Shown here: positions 48,640 to 59,186 of the stretch, in pieces
How positions within the stretch are numbered: position 1 is the stretch's first letter
Layout of the letters: the number at the start of each line of letters is the position of its first letter
Notes under the pieces: model-generated
Database searches by the model: none
The model's input: only the letters and a program-made list of their open reading frames with translations
Told to the model about the DNA's origin: nothing
Translations under genes and position numbers: made by a program
DNA from: Frigoribacterium sp.
GTDB taxonomy: Bacteria; Actinomycetota; Actinomycetes; Actinomycetales; Microbacteriaceae
DNA: 59,186 bases
Assembly: GCA_031360325.1 (NCBI GenBank)
Contig: JANMBI010000014.1
Location: forward strand, 1 to 59,186
Direction: 5' to 3'

Positions 48640-49572
48640 CTAGCCGATCAGTCCGTCGAGCCAGGCGCGCGCCTCAATGAAGGCGGCATTGTCGTAGCGC
48701 GGGGTCACCGTGATGGCGAGCTTGTCGGCGCGGGGGTAGGAGCCGAGAAAGATCACGTTCGGGCTGAATCGTTTGAGGCCGAGCAGGGCATCGGCGACCC
48801 GCTCGTCGCGGATGTGACCGTCGAGGTCGATCACGAAGCGGTAGCGACCGAGGGCATCACCGATCGGCCGCGACGAAAGCAGGCTCATGTTGACGCCGCG
48901 GGTGGCAAACTGCTCGAGCATTTCGAGCAACCGGCCGGCCGTGTCGTCAGGGAGCTCGACGATCACGCTCGTCTTGTCGGAGCCGGTTGGCTCAGGCACG
49001 CGCAGGGTACGGCTGACGAGCACGAAGCGGGTGACGGCGCTCGGGTTGTCGCCGATTTCGCTCGCGAGCACCTCGAGGGGATAGTGGGCGGTGATGCCGG
49101 GCGGGGCGATGGCGGCATCCGCGGTCGTGTCGGAGAGCAGAGTCGCTGCCGCCGCCACATTGGAGGTCGCGGGAAGGTGGCCGTGCTCCGGGAGCACGGA
49201 ATCGAGCCAGAGATGGCACTGCGCATAGGCGACCGGATGGGCGTTGACGGTACGCACGTCCCGCAACCGGGTGCCGGGTCTGCCCACCAGCACGAAATTC
49301 ACCGGCACGAGATACTCGCCGATGATGCGCAGATTCGGGATGGTGGCGAGCGCATCCTGGCTCGCGCTGACCCCGCCCTCGATCGAGTTTTCGATCGCGA
49401 TCATGGCGGCGGTGCTTCGCCCCGACACGACGTCGTCGAGGGCCTGTCCCACATTGTTCACCGGGCGCCAGCTCTTTCCGGCGGCATCGGCCACCTGGGC
49501 GAGCGCGGCCTCGGTGAAGGTACCGACCGGCCCGAGATAGGAATAGGTGTCGTCGGTGGGGGTGTGCGGCAT
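48640..49572 (-). CDS. pheA: Prephenate dehydratase
   Basis: YLGPVGTF, IENSIEG, TRF motif, ACT domain with SRP. Confidence 0.96.
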   Translation of the reverse strand: MPHTPTDDTYSYLGPVGTFTEAALAQVADAAGKSWRPVNNVGQALDDVVSGRSTAAMIAIENSIEGGVSASQDALATIPNLRIIGEYLVPVNFVLVGRPGTRLRDVRTVNAHPVAYAQCHLWLDSVLPEHGHLPATSNVAAAATLLSDTTADAAIAPPGITAHYPLEVLASEIGDNPSAVTRFVLVSRTLRVPEPTGSDKTSVIVELPDDTAGRLLEMLEQFATRGVNMSLLSSRPIGDALGRYRFVIDLDGHIRDERVADALLGLKRFSPNVIFLGSYPRADKLAITVTPRYDNAAFIEARAWLDGLIG

Positions 49573-49658
49573 GGCCCGAGTTTATTGGCTCGGGCGACGC
49601 CCGCCCGCCGCTGCGCTGCTCCTGGTGACGGGAGGTCGGTGGGTGCAAGACTTGGCCC

Positions 49659-51284
49659 ATGAGCGATCGCGCAGGACAGCCGGCCCAGACATCCGATCTC
49701 GTCGACGTGGAGGCCCTGCTCGCGGCGTACCACCATCTCGTGCCGGATGTGAGCATCCCGGAGCAAAGGGTGGTGTTCGGCACCTCCGGTCATCGCGGCT
49801 CGAGTCTTGATTGCGCCTTCAATGACACCCATATCGCCGCGATCACTCAGGCGATCGTGGAGTACCGGGCCGGCCAGGGCATCACCGGGCCGCTCTTTAT
49901 CGGCGGTGACACCCACGCGCTCAGCCGCCCGGCAGAGACGACGGCTCTCGAGGTGTTGACCGCGAACGGCGTGAACGCCCTGGTGGACGAGTTCGGCGAC
50001 TTCGTTCCCACCCCCGCCATCAGCCACGCGATCATCAAGTACAACGCGTCCATCGCCGCCGGAGAGCCGCAGGCCGACGGCATCGTCGTCACCCCGAGCC
50101 ATAACCCGCCGCGGGACGGCGGCTTCAAATACAATCCGCCACACGGCGGGCCGGCCGACAGCGAGGCCACCAACTGGATCGCCAACCGCGCCAACGAGAT
50201 CATCGCCGAGGGCGGCCACGCCGTGAAGCGCTCCGAACCCTCGGGAGTTGGCACCTACGACTATCGCGGCAACTATGTGGACGACATCGAGAACATCATC
50301 GATGTCGAGGCGATCCGCACCGCCCGGGTTCATATCGGCGCCGATCCCCTCGGGGGTGCGAGCGTTCACTATTGGAGCGCGATCGCCGAGCGCTACGGGC
50401 TCGACCTCACCGTGGTCAATCGCGCTGTCGACCCGCGCTGGGCGTTCATGACGCTGGACTGGGACGGCAAGATCCGCATGGATCCGTCCTCGGCGTCGGT
50501 CATGGCGAGCGTCCTCACCCACAGGGACGACTTCGACGTGGTGACCGGCAACGATGCGGATGCGGACCGGCACGGCATCGTGACCCCGGATGGTGGCCTG
50601 ATGAACCCGAACCATTATCTGGCCGTCGCCATCCACTACCTGTACAGCCACCGGCCGCAGTGGAAGCCGGATGCCGCGGTCGGCAAGACGCTCGTGTCGA
50701 GTTCGATGATCGACCTGGTCGCCCAGTCGATCGGGCGACGGCTGTGGGAGGTGCCGGTTGGTTTCAAGTGGTTCGTTCCCGGCCTTGTCGACGGGTCTGT
50801 CGCGTTCGGCGGGGAGGAGTCTGCGGGGGCGAGCTTCCTGCGCAAGGACGGCACCGTGTGGACCACCGACAAGGACGGCATTCTGCTCGCCCTGCTCGCG
50901 AGCGAGATCATCGCGGTGACCGGGAAGTCTCCGAGTGCGCTCTATGCCGAGCTCACGGCGACGTATGGTTCACCGGTCTACGAGCGCGTGGATGCCCCGG
51001 CCACGGGCGCGCAGAAGGCCGCGCTCGGCAGACTGACCGGTTCGGCCATCACCGCCTCCGAGCTGGCGGGGGAACCGATCCTCGCGAAGCTGAGCGAGGC
51101 ACCGGGCAACGGAGCGGCCGTGGGGGGAGTGAAGGTCGTGACGGAGCACGCGTGGTTCGCCGCCCGGCCGAGCGGCACCGAAGACGTGTACAAGATTTAT
51201 GCCGAATCCTTCCTCGGGGCCGATCACCTGAAGCGGGTGCAGGCCGAGGCGAAGGTCATCGTGGACGGTGCTCTCGGCGCCTGA
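49659..51284 (+). CDS. pgm: Phosphoglucomutase
   Basis: FGTSGHRG, TPSHNP, DADADR, GEESAG, RPSGTE. Confidence 0.96.
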   Translation: MSDRAGQPAQTSDLVDVEALLAAYHHLVPDVSIPEQRVVFGTSGHRGSSLDCAFNDTHIAAITQAIVEYRAGQGITGPLFIGGDTHALSRPAETTALEVLTANGVNALVDEFGDFVPTPAISHAIIKYNASIAAGEPQADGIVVTPSHNPPRDGGFKYNPPHGGPADSEATNWIANRANEIIAEGGHAVKRSEPSGVGTYDYRGNYVDDIENIIDVEAIRTARVHIGADPLGGASVHYWSAIAERYGLDLTVVNRAVDPRWAFMTLDWDGKIRMDPSSASVMASVLTHRDDFDVVTGNDADADRHGIVTPDGGLMNPNHYLAVAIHYLYSHRPQWKPDAAVGKTLVSSSMIDLVAQSIGRRLWEVPVGFKWFVPGLVDGSVAFGGEESAGASFLRKDGTVWTTDKDGILLALLASEIIAVTGKSPSALYAELTATYGSPVYERVDAPATGAQKAALGRLTGSAITASELAGEPILAKLSEAPGNGAAVGGVKVVTEHAWFAARPSGTEDVYKIYAESFLGADHLKRVQAEAKVIVDGALGA

Positions 51285-51471
51285 GCGGAGGTGCCGGCCG
51301 GTCCTCCCGTGCCGAGGCACGCACCAAGCCCCGGTATCGGCGGATGACTTGCGTCAATGCTTGCCATGGGTGTAACTTTGCAGACTACGCAAGATTTTCC
51401 GCCACTGATGGGCCTGCGTTCCCCAGTGGCCGATCTCGTCAACACGCCCACGCCACACAGATCGAGGATTC

Positions 51472-53388
51472 ATGTCACGCGCCGACGCCGCCACCCGAGC
51501 CAAAGAGGTCCACGAGTCCGGCGGGATCATGACCCACCGCCAGATTCTCTTCGTGATGTACGGCCTCATGGCCGGGATGTTCCTTTCCGCCCTCGACCAG
51601 ACCGTGGTGGGGACCTCCATCCGCACCATCGCCGATGACCTCAACGGCCTCAGCCAGCAGGCCTGGGTCACCACCGCGTATCTCATCGTGTCGACGATCG
51701 CCACGCCGATCTACGGCAAGCTGTCCGACATCTTCGGCCGCCGACCGTTGTTCATCTTCGCGATCTCGATCTTCATCCTCGGTTCGGTCGCCTCCGGCTT
51801 CTCGACGTCGATCCTCGAACTCGCCGGCTTCCGCGCCATCCAGGGAATCGGCGCCGGTGGACTGATGGCTCTGCCCCTCGCGATCATGGGCGACATGCTC
51901 GCTCCTCGGGAACGCGCGAAATACCAGGGCTACTTCCTCGCCGTCTTCGGCATTTCGAGCGTCATCGGTCCGCTCATCGGGGGGCTGTTCGCCGGAGCCC
52001 CGTACATCCTCTTCATCACCGGGTGGCGTTGGGTGTTCCTAATCAACATCCCGATCGGGATCGTCGCGTTGGCGATGGTGCTGAGATTCCTGCACCTTCC
52101 GAAGCGCAGCATCAACCGCAGCGTTCGCATCGACTGGTGGGGGGCGACCACTGTCATCGTCGCCGTGGCCCCGCTTCTGCTCGTCGCCGAGCAGGGACGG
52201 GTGTGGGGCTGGGATTCCGCCGGCGCCATCGCCTGTTACGTCATCGGTGGCGTCGGCATCGCGGCCTTCATCTTCTCGGAACGGATGATGGGCGATGATG
52301 CGCTCATCCCGCTCAAGCTCTTCCGGTCGCCCACCTTCTCGGTCGCCACCGTCCTCGGAGTGCTCGTCGGCTTCGGCATGTTCGGCGCGATCTCGACCGT
52401 GCCGCTCTACCTGCAGCTCGTGAAGGGCTCAACCCCCACCCAGAGTGGATTCCAGCTGCTCCCGATGATCCTCGGGCTCATGATCTCGTCGATCGTCAGC
52501 GGGCAGCTGATTTCCCGCACCGGTCGGTACAGGATCTTCCCGATCGTCGGCACCGGATTCATGGCGGTCGGCTTCCTGATCTTCACCACGATCACGGCCG
52601 ACTCGAACTACCTCGTACTCGCCAGCGCGATGCTGCTGGTCGGCCGCGGCCTCGGCCAGCTCATGCAGACGCTCGTGATCGCGAGCCAGAACTCCGTCGG
52701 CCCACGAGACATCGGAGTCGCAACCTCGTCGTCCACCTTCTTCCGCCAGATCGGTGGAACCCTCGGCGTCGCCGTGATCTTCTCGGTGGTCTTCAGCGTC
52801 GTCGGCGAGTTCATCAAGGCCAACTTCAGAAACACGGCCACCCTCCGAGCCGCTCTCGATGCGGCCCTCAACCCGGCGATCGCGAACGCTCCGGCCAACA
52901 AGGGCATCATGTCGAAGATCTACGACTCAATCGTCGGTCCGATCAAGCAGAACCTGCCCGCGCAGATCGACCTCTCGAACTCAACCGCGCGTCGCCACGT
53001 GGTGGACAGCGTGCTCGCCAAGATCACGCCCGGAAGCACCGGTGGTGGCGGTGCCGCCACCTCGCTCGACGGCAACACCTCGTTCCTCACGAACGCAAAC
53101 CACGCCCTCGCCGCTCCATTTCTCAACGGCTTCTCCGACGCCATGGTGAGCGGGTTCTGGGTGAGCCTGATCGTGGTGCTGATCGCCTTCATCCTGAGCT
53201 TCTTCCTCAAGGCGACCCCGTTGCGGCAGAAGTCGGCCATCCAAGAGGTGGCCGATCAGGATGCCGCGATCCTCGCCGGCCAGGCGGCCGAGGCGACGGG
53301 CGGCCCACTCGAGGCCAACACCTCCGGCGACGACCCTAGCGGCCGAGGATCCGCAGACGAGCCGGTCGGGTCGACCCCGAGGCGCTAG
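51472..53388 (+). CDS. MFS DHA2 (EmrB/QacA-type) efflux transporter
   Basis: LDQTVV, GKLSDIFGRR, GWRWVFLINIPIG; about 14 TM segments. Confidence 0.92.
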   Translation: MSRADAATRAKEVHESGGIMTHRQILFVMYGLMAGMFLSALDQTVVGTSIRTIADDLNGLSQQAWVTTAYLIVSTIATPIYGKLSDIFGRRPLFIFAISIFILGSVASGFSTSILELAGFRAIQGIGAGGLMALPLAIMGDMLAPRERAKYQGYFLAVFGISSVIGPLIGGLFAGAPYILFITGWRWVFLINIPIGIVALAMVLRFLHLPKRSINRSVRIDWWGATTVIVAVAPLLLVAEQGRVWGWDSAGAIACYVIGGVGIAAFIFSERMMGDDALIPLKLFRSPTFSVATVLGVLVGFGMFGAISTVPLYLQLVKGSTPTQSGFQLLPMILGLMISSIVSGQLISRTGRYRIFPIVGTGFMAVGFLIFTTITADSNYLVLASAMLLVGRGLGQLMQTLVIASQNSVGPRDIGVATSSSTFFRQIGGTLGVAVIFSVVFSVVGEFIKANFRNTATLRAALDAALNPAIANAPANKGIMSKIYDSIVGPIKQNLPAQIDLSNSTARRHVVDSVLAKITPGSTGGGGAATSLDGNTSFLTNANHALAAPFLNGFSDAMVSGFWVSLIVVLIAFILSFFLKATPLRQKSAIQEVADQDAAILAGQAAEATGGPLEANTSGDDPSGRGSADEPVGSTPRR

Positions 53389-53818
53389 CTCGAACGGCAC
53401 GCGATGGAGGACGGCCCGGCGGCACCACCGGCGGGCCGTCCCGTTCGACGCAGCGACAGCGGCCAACCGGATCGAGGGCGCAACCCACGGAGATCTTCCG
53501 TGGGCCCCCGAGGAGATGGGTGGTCGGGCGAACCGGGGTGCGCATCCGTCCGCTCGGCCACGGCCGCGGCATCCGCACATGGCGCCACAACCACCGCGTC
53601 CGACGCTTCGGGTGGAGATCAGCAGATCAGCCGAAGTGCGATGCCATCGCGAAACGGATGGGATTCGCGCCAGACCAGCGCTCATCGATCTGATGTCGCT
53701 CAAGACGGGCTCAAGCTCGGATCGCAGCGCGGCATCCATCACCTCGGCTCGGTCGAGCGGTGCCGGTGTGGGCGGTCCGGCGTGGTCTCGAGTCCAGCCG
53801 GCGCCTACTATCGATGAC

Positions 53819-54466
53819 ATGGCACTCCTACATCGGGCCGAATTGCGGCCGTCCAAAATCGAGCTCATCACGGCCTGGGTGCCGACCCAACCGTGGTTCG
53901 ATGAAGGCACCACCGCGCCTCTCACGAGCATCGCATCCTTCAGATTCGATGATCCCGAGGGCGAGGTGGGAATCGAGACGGCCATCGTGAGGGTCGGAGA
54001 CGGACCACTGCTGCAGGTTCCTCTCACCTACCGTGGGGCGCCCCTCGCAGGCGGGGATGACTGGTTCATCGGCACCGCGGAGCATTCGGTACTCGGTCGT
54101 CGATGGGTCTACGACGCCGTCGGGGATCCCGTGTACCTCGCGGCGATGGCCGCGGCCGTGTTCGCCGGCGCGGCGCAGGCCGAGGAGTACTTCGAGGTGG
54201 ACGGCGAGAAAGTCGTGCGTGAGTCGACGGCCCATGTCGTGGGCAGCGGACATCCCAGTGCCGCGGTGCCGTCGTCAGTCGGCCCCATATCCACCCGGCA
54301 CGAGTTCGGCACAACAGTGGTAGATGCGGGCGACCTACGGGTCGTCGTTGTCCGCGCTCTCGACGCGACGGTCGCCCCCGATGGCGGCACGAAGCATTCG
54401 CTCGTCGGCACCTGGGCTGGCCAGGCCGATCCACGAACACTCGTTTGGGCGAACGCGCTCTCGTAA
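53819..54466 (+). CDS. Maltokinase N-terminal cap-like protein
   Basis: MALLHRAELRPSKIEL, FRFDDPEGEVGIE, QVPLTYRGAPL, HSVLGRRWVYDA. Confidence 0.82.
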   Translation: MALLHRAELRPSKIELITAWVPTQPWFDEGTTAPLTSIASFRFDDPEGEVGIETAIVRVGDGPLLQVPLTYRGAPLAGGDDWFIGTAEHSVLGRRWVYDAVGDPVYLAAMAAAVFAGAAQAEEYFEVDGEKVVRESTAHVVGSGHPSAAVPSSVGPISTRHEFGTTVVDAGDLRVVVVRALDATVAPDGGTKHSLVGTWAGQADPRTLVWANALS

Positions 54467-54473
54467 GCGGGCA

Positions 54474-55325
54474 CTACTCGAACGCGACGCCCGCCTTCGT
54501 GAGCCGGGCGCGGATCACGGCGAGGGCATCCGCGCTCTCATCGACCAGAACGAATCGGCGGCCGAGGGATGCGGCGACCGCGCCGGTCGTGCCGGATCCG
54601 GCGAAGAAGTCGAGCACCCAGTCGCCCTCGCGCGTGGACGCCTGGATGATGCGGCGCAGGATTCCCTCGGGCTTCTGGGTGGGGTAGCCGGTCTTCTCGC
54701 GGCCGGTCGGGGAGACGATCGTGTGCCACCAGACATCCGTCGGCAGCTTGCCGAGCGCCACCTTCTCCGGCGTGACCAGACCGGGAGCCATGTACGGCTC
54801 GCGGTCGACCGTCGTCGAATCGAAATGGTACCCGCGCGGATTCTTCACGTAGACGAGGATCGTGTCGTGCTTGGCCGGCCAGCGGCTCTTCGACTTGCCG
54901 CCGTAGTCGTACGCCCAGATGATCTCGTTGAGAAAGCTCTCCCGGCCGAACAGCGCGTCGAGCAGAACCTTGGCGTAGTGCGCCTCCCGATAGTCGAGAT
55001 GCAGGTACAGAGTGCCGTCATCGGCGAGAAGTCGCCAGGCTTCGGCGAGGCGCGGTTCGAGAAAGGTCCAGTAGTCCTCGAAGCGGTCGTCGTAGCTCAT
55101 CAGGTCACCGCGGATGCGCTCGTACTGTTGCCCCCTGAAGCCGCGGATCGGACCGGATGCCGAACGCACGCTCGTCGTGGACTGCCGGGCCTGCGAGCGC
55201 CCGGTATTGAACGGCGGATCGAGGTAGACCAGGGTGAATGCCCCGTCGGGCAGCCCGGCGATGGCCACGAGATTGTCGGCGTGGATGACGAGGTCGGGTG
55301 ATTCTTGCGTCCAGGCTGGGGGCAT
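54474..55325 (-). CDS. Orphan N4/N6 DNA methyltransferase (beta class)
   Basis: YLDPPF precedes YPTQKP and VLDFFAGSGTT. Start MPPAW at 55325. Confidence 0.9.
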   Translation of the reverse strand: MPPAWTQESPDLVIHADNLVAIAGLPDGAFTLVYLDPPFNTGRSQARQSTTSVRSASGPIRGFRGQQYERIRGDLMSYDDRFEDYWTFLEPRLAEAWRLLADDGTLYLHLDYREAHYAKVLLDALFGRESFLNEIIWAYDYGGKSKSRWPAKHDTILVYVKNPRGYHFDSTTVDREPYMAPGLVTPEKVALGKLPTDVWWHTIVSPTGREKTGYPTQKPEGILRRIIQASTREGDWVLDFFAGSGTTGAVAASLGRRFVLVDESADALAVIRARLTKAGVAFE

Positions 55326-55394
55326 CCGCCCATTCTCCCGCAGACGGAAGTCGATGCCTTTGCGACTCTCGGGCACCGCACGTAGTCTCGTGTG

Positions 55395-55682
55395 ATGTCC
55401 AATGTCGTGAAGCACCTTCCAGCCCAGAACCGCTACATTTTCCTCAAGGATGGTGTTGAGGTCGGGCTCACCGACTATGGACTCGTGGACCGCGACATCC
55501 ACATCACGCACACCGAGATCGACCCGTCGATGCGCGGCGCGGGCCTGGCCTCGGAAATGGTGCAGGGTGTGCTCGACGACATCCGTACCGGTACCGACTA
55601 CCGAGTGGTGGCCGAGTGCCCGTACGTCGTGACCTGGCTGAGCCGCCATCCGGACTATCACGACCTGGAACAGCGCGCCTGA
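55395..55682 (+). CDS. Small GNAT (YjdJ-like) acetyltransferase
   Basis: ITHTEIDPSMRGAGLA...CPYV. Confidence 0.88.
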   Translation: MSNVVKHLPAQNRYIFLKDGVEVGLTDYGLVDRDIHITHTEIDPSMRGAGLASEMVQGVLDDIRTGTDYRVVAECPYVVTWLSRHPDYHDLEQRA

Positions 55683-55702
55683 CGGACCCGCCGGTCGAAC
55701 TC

Positions 55703-55778
55703 AAAATGCAGGACATTCGCCACGGGACGGCGATTCTGCGTCGAAACGACCACTTTCGAGGTGCATCTCCTGCGTTTT
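55703..55778. repeat. REP/REPIN-like inverted repeat between convergent genes
   Basis: aaaatgcagga...tcctgcgtttt arms (10/11) with inner tcgaaa/tttcga. Confidence 0.5.
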
Positions 55779-55810
55779 CGGCGCGGACGGGAGGCGCCGG
55801 GGTCCCGGGT

Positions 55811-56116
55811 CTAGCGGGCGTCTTTCGTGAGGTCGATGGTCACTCGTCCGCGGTAGATGCCGGTTTCTTCGGCGGTGCGGAGGGGGTCTCCCGCAAGCGG
55901 AGCGGGTGCCGGCAGGATCGTCTGGCGATCAAGCTCGAGCGCGGCTTCGTGCCGACTCGGCGCGAAGACTTCGTCGCCGATTCCCATGAGTCCGGCGCCG
56001 TTTCCGGCGCTGCGCGAGGTGGATTTGCCGACGACATCGATGAGCCCGAAGCGCTGACCGAGGATTCCGAACAGGGCAAGGCCGACCGCCACGCCCCCGA
56101 AGATCCACCAGTTCAT
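55811..56116 (-). CDS. Small membrane-anchored hypothetical protein
   Basis: N-terminal TM helix; DEVFAP...PAPAPLAGD. Confidence 0.7.
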   Translation of the reverse strand: MNWWIFGGVAVGLALFGILGQRFGLIDVVGKSTSRSAGNGAGLMGIGDEVFAPSRHEAALELDRQTILPAPAPLAGDPLRTAEETGIYRGRVTIDLTKDAR

Positions 56117-56155
56117 CCCTCAAGGCTACGCGATGATCGCGCGGGGGCGGCACTC

Positions 56156-57205
56156 TCACGGCACCCGGTACAACCACTCCTCGGTCGCGAACTTCTCGGC
56201 GACGAGTCGTTGTGCGCGGGCGAGTTCGTCGGGCGTGAGGATATCCGGATTGGCGCCGTACAGGCCCGTGAAGGTCTGCTTCATCCGCTCGATGATCGCC
56301 GCGCGGCTGAGTCCGGTCTGGCTGCGAAGCGGATCGACCCGCTTGTTCGCGCTCGTGGTCCCCTTGTCGCTCATCTTCTCGCGGCCGATGCGCAACACCT
56401 CCACCATGCGGTCCCCGTCCATGTCGTAGCTCATGGTCACGTGGTGCAGCACCGCGCCGGTGCCGAGCCGTTTCTGGGCGGCACCCCCGATCTTGCCGCT
56501 CGGGCTCGTGATGTCGTTGAGCGGCTGGTAGGAGGCGTCGATGCCGAGCGACTTGAGTGCGGTGATCACCCACTCGTCGAGAAACGCATAGGAGTCGGCG
56601 AAGGTCATGCCGCGCACGAGATCGGTCGGCGCATAGATCGAGTAGGTGATCACGGAGCCGGCCTCCATGAACATCGCCCCTCCTCCGCTCACTCGCCGCA
56701 CCACCTGGAAGCCGTACTTCGCGGCGTTCTCCAGGTCGACCTCGTTCCGCACCGACTGGAAGCTCCCGATCACGACCCCCGGCTCGTTCCACTCCCAGAA
56801 ACGCAGGGTCGGTTTGCGCCGTCCGGCGCCGACCTCCTCCGAGAGCACCTGATCGAGCGCCATCTGCACCACGGGCGGATACGCGGCACCGTGGATGAGC
56901 TGCCAGTCGTAGTCGGTCCACCCGGTGGCGCGCGCGAGCGAGCGACGAACCGCCACCGCCACGGCATCCGGCGTAAATCCGAGGAGGATCGCGTCATCCG
57001 GAAGCGCGGTGCGTACCGCGGTTGAGATGGAGGCCGCATCACTCTCGGCCCGGAGCCCGTTCACCGCGCCGTCGATGAGACCGAGGGCATTCTCCGGCTC
57101 GAGGAAGAAGTCGCCGGCGAGGTGGAAGTTGGCGATGCGACCGTCGATCACGTCCAGGTCGACGACCACGAGTTTGCCACCCGGAACCTTGTATTCCCCG
57201 TGCAT
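56156..57205 (-). CDS. lplA: Lipoate-protein ligase A family
   Basis: MHGEYKVPGGKL, GDFFLEP, RRVSGGGA, LND, KIGGAAQ. Confidence 0.9.
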   Translation of the reverse strand: MHGEYKVPGGKLVVVDLDVIDGRIANFHLAGDFFLEPENALGLIDGAVNGLRAESDAASISTAVRTALPDDAILLGFTPDAVAVAVRRSLARATGWTDYDWQLIHGAAYPPVVQMALDQVLSEEVGAGRRKPTLRFWEWNEPGVVIGSFQSVRNEVDLENAAKYGFQVVRRVSGGGAMFMEAGSVITYSIYAPTDLVRGMTFADSYAFLDEWVITALKSLGIDASYQPLNDITSPSGKIGGAAQKRLGTGAVLHHVTMSYDMDGDRMVEVLRIGREKMSDKGTTSANKRVDPLRSQTGLSRAAIIERMKQTFTGLYGANPDILTPDELARAQRLVAEKFATEEWLYRVP

Positions 57206-57235
57206 TGCTGTGCCTTTCGTCGAGCCGGTTCCAGC

Positions 57236-57688
57236 CTATGCCTCGGTCGGGACGTGTACTCCCTGGCCACGGGCGCGCAGCCTTGCCCTCAGCCGAACCG
57301 CATTCTCGTCGAGGTGGAGCGGGTTGGCGTTGCGGTCGATGCCCCCGGGGTGAAATTCGAACGGCGACCACGATGGCCACAGGTGGATGTGCAGATGCGG
57401 CACCACATAGCCCTCGATCATGAGCCCCACCCGGTCCGAATTCCACTCCTCCCGCTGCGCGAGGCCGATGATGCGCGAAACACGGAGCAGGTGTTCCATG
57501 GTGTCGGCATCGACATCGAGCCAGCGGTCGATCGACGAGCGCGGCACGACCAGGGTATGACCGGGGCCGCGCGGCTCGATCGTGAGGAACGCGACGCAGA
57601 GGTCATCCGTCCAGATGAAGCGGGCCGGTTCCTCTCCGGCGATGATCTTGCTGAAGATGTCCGGGTCGGTGCGGGAAATGAAGTCCAT
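57236..57688 (-). CDS. HIT family protein
   Basis: IFSKII, GHTLVVP, VPHLHIHL histidine triad. Confidence 0.93.
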   Translation of the reverse strand: MDFISRTDPDIFSKIIAGEEPARFIWTDDLCVAFLTIEPRGPGHTLVVPRSSIDRWLDVDADTMEHLLRVSRIIGLAQREEWNSDRVGLMIEGYVVPHLHIHLWPSWSPFEFHPGGIDRNANPLHLDENAVRLRARLRARGQGVHVPTEA

Positions 57689-57690
57689 TG

Positions 57691-58371
57691 TCAGGCGGCC
57701 CGTTCTCCGGCGAGTGCGGCCCCTGCGGGCGGTCCGTTGTCGGCGGACGGCCCGGCGCCTGCGGACGGCCCCGCGCCTGCGGACGCCCCGGCGCCTGCGG
57801 ACGGTCCGTCGTCTGCGGACATGGCCGCGTCGATGAGGATCTCGGCGGCGAGCCGAGCATGGATGGCCGCGTCCCCCGTTCCGGCGATGGCCGCCGTCGT
57901 CTGCGCACCCTCGGCGAGAATCGACAGCTGCGGGGCGAGGGCGGGTGCGGCCCCCGCCTCCGCGACGAGGATCGCCACGTACGCCTGGAAGGACTCCTTG
58001 TGCTCACGCGCACGATGGGCGACCTCGGGCGAGACCGACCCGAGTTCGGCGAAGGCGTTGATGAAGCCGCACCCGCGGAACAGGTCATCCACAAACCAGT
58101 CGGCGAGATAGTCGTAGATGGCGAGGAGCCTGTCCCGCGGGGTCGTCGCGAGGGCGACGCGGGCGCCGACACCCTCTGTCCACAGCCGGTGACGACGGTC
58201 GAGCACCTCGAGCACGATGCTCGCCTTGGACGGGAACTGCGCGTACATTCCCTTCAAGGACACGCCCGAGGCGAGCCTCAACTCGTCCATACTCACCGAC
58301 TGGATGCCTCGGCTGTAGAACAATCGGTCAGCGGTCTGCAGCACTGCCTCCCTCACCGTTTGATCCGCCAT
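57691..58371 (-). CDS. TetR/AcrR regulator
   Basis: N-terminal TetR HTH, FRGCGFINA, low-complexity tail. Confidence 0.9.
   Translation of the reverse strand: MADQTVREAVLQTADRLFYSRGIQSVSMDELRLASGVSLKGMYAQFPSKASIVLEVLDRRHRLWTEGVGARVALATTPRDRLLAIYDYLADWFVDDLFRGCGFINAFAELGSVSPEVAHRAREHKESFQAYVAILVAEAGAAPALAPQLSILAEGAQTTAAIAGTGDAAIHARLAAEILIDAAMSADDGPSAGAGASAGAGPSAGAGPSADNGPPAGAALAGERAA
57725..57820. repeat. 18-bp coding tandem repeat (~5 copies)
   Basis: gcggacggcccggcgcct-like units encoding SAGAGP-type hexapeptides. Confidence 0.8.
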
Positions 58372-58392
58372 TCCCCCAGTCTAACTTGCATG

Positions 58393-58439
58393 GAGAACGT
58401 TCGTTCTCTATGCTCGAAGGGCCGAGAACGATCGTTCTC
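58393..58439. promoter_or_regulatory. Two TetR-type operator palindromes
   Basis: gagaacgttcgttctc (58393-58408) and perfect gagaacgatcgttctc (58424-58439) between divergent tetR and hydrolase. Confidence 0.8.
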
Positions 58440-58462
58440 ACGCGAACGGAAGGAACGGATAG

Positions 58463-59186
<724 letters not shown>

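Noticed and set aside
54474-55325. Methyltransferase as part of a type II/III R-M system
   Set aside because: No adjacent endonuclease; it lies among housekeeping genes.
46414-57025. Long antisense or alternate-frame ORFs (e.g. 46414-47628, 49458-50651, 55616-57025)
   Set aside because: Arg/Pro/Gly-rich shadow ORFs expected opposite real genes in high-GC DNA.

Overview
High-GC actinobacterial chromosome segment; the pheA-DAG kinase-serS-HAD-tRNA-Ser order suggests Microbacteriaceae (inference). About 45.2-59.2 kb is housekeeping DNA. About 4.5-45 kb is an insertion hotspot at two tRNA-Ser genes. The main element is a ~25.5 kb integrative mobilizable element (about 6129-31592) in tRNA-Ser(GCT). 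It has both att sites, matching integrase arm repeats, an int/xis/regulator module and a MobF relaxase, but no T4SS. Its cargo is almost all defence or DNA-damage related: a ParE-type toxin-antitoxin pair, an RloC-like anticodon nuclease, a type I R-M operon ending in an XRE gene, and an Mre11/Rad50-like (YhaO/YhaN) pair. The most notable cargo is a ubiquitin-like conjugation operon (tandem Ubl ending GG-VA, E2-like protein, JAB-E1 fusion). It is divergent from a degenerate HigB-like gene plus an HTH-ImmA/IrrE peptidase, and twin palindromic operators lie between them. A relic of a sister element with an internally deleted integrase sits in tandem on the left. 32-45 kb holds decayed mobile DNA (integrase, IS982, IS30 and Wadjet jetA-like remnants, a 120-bp MITE-like element) and an M20 peptidase/GntR/hydrolase/APC permease operon. 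All family calls come from motif recognition by eye; no database searches were run.
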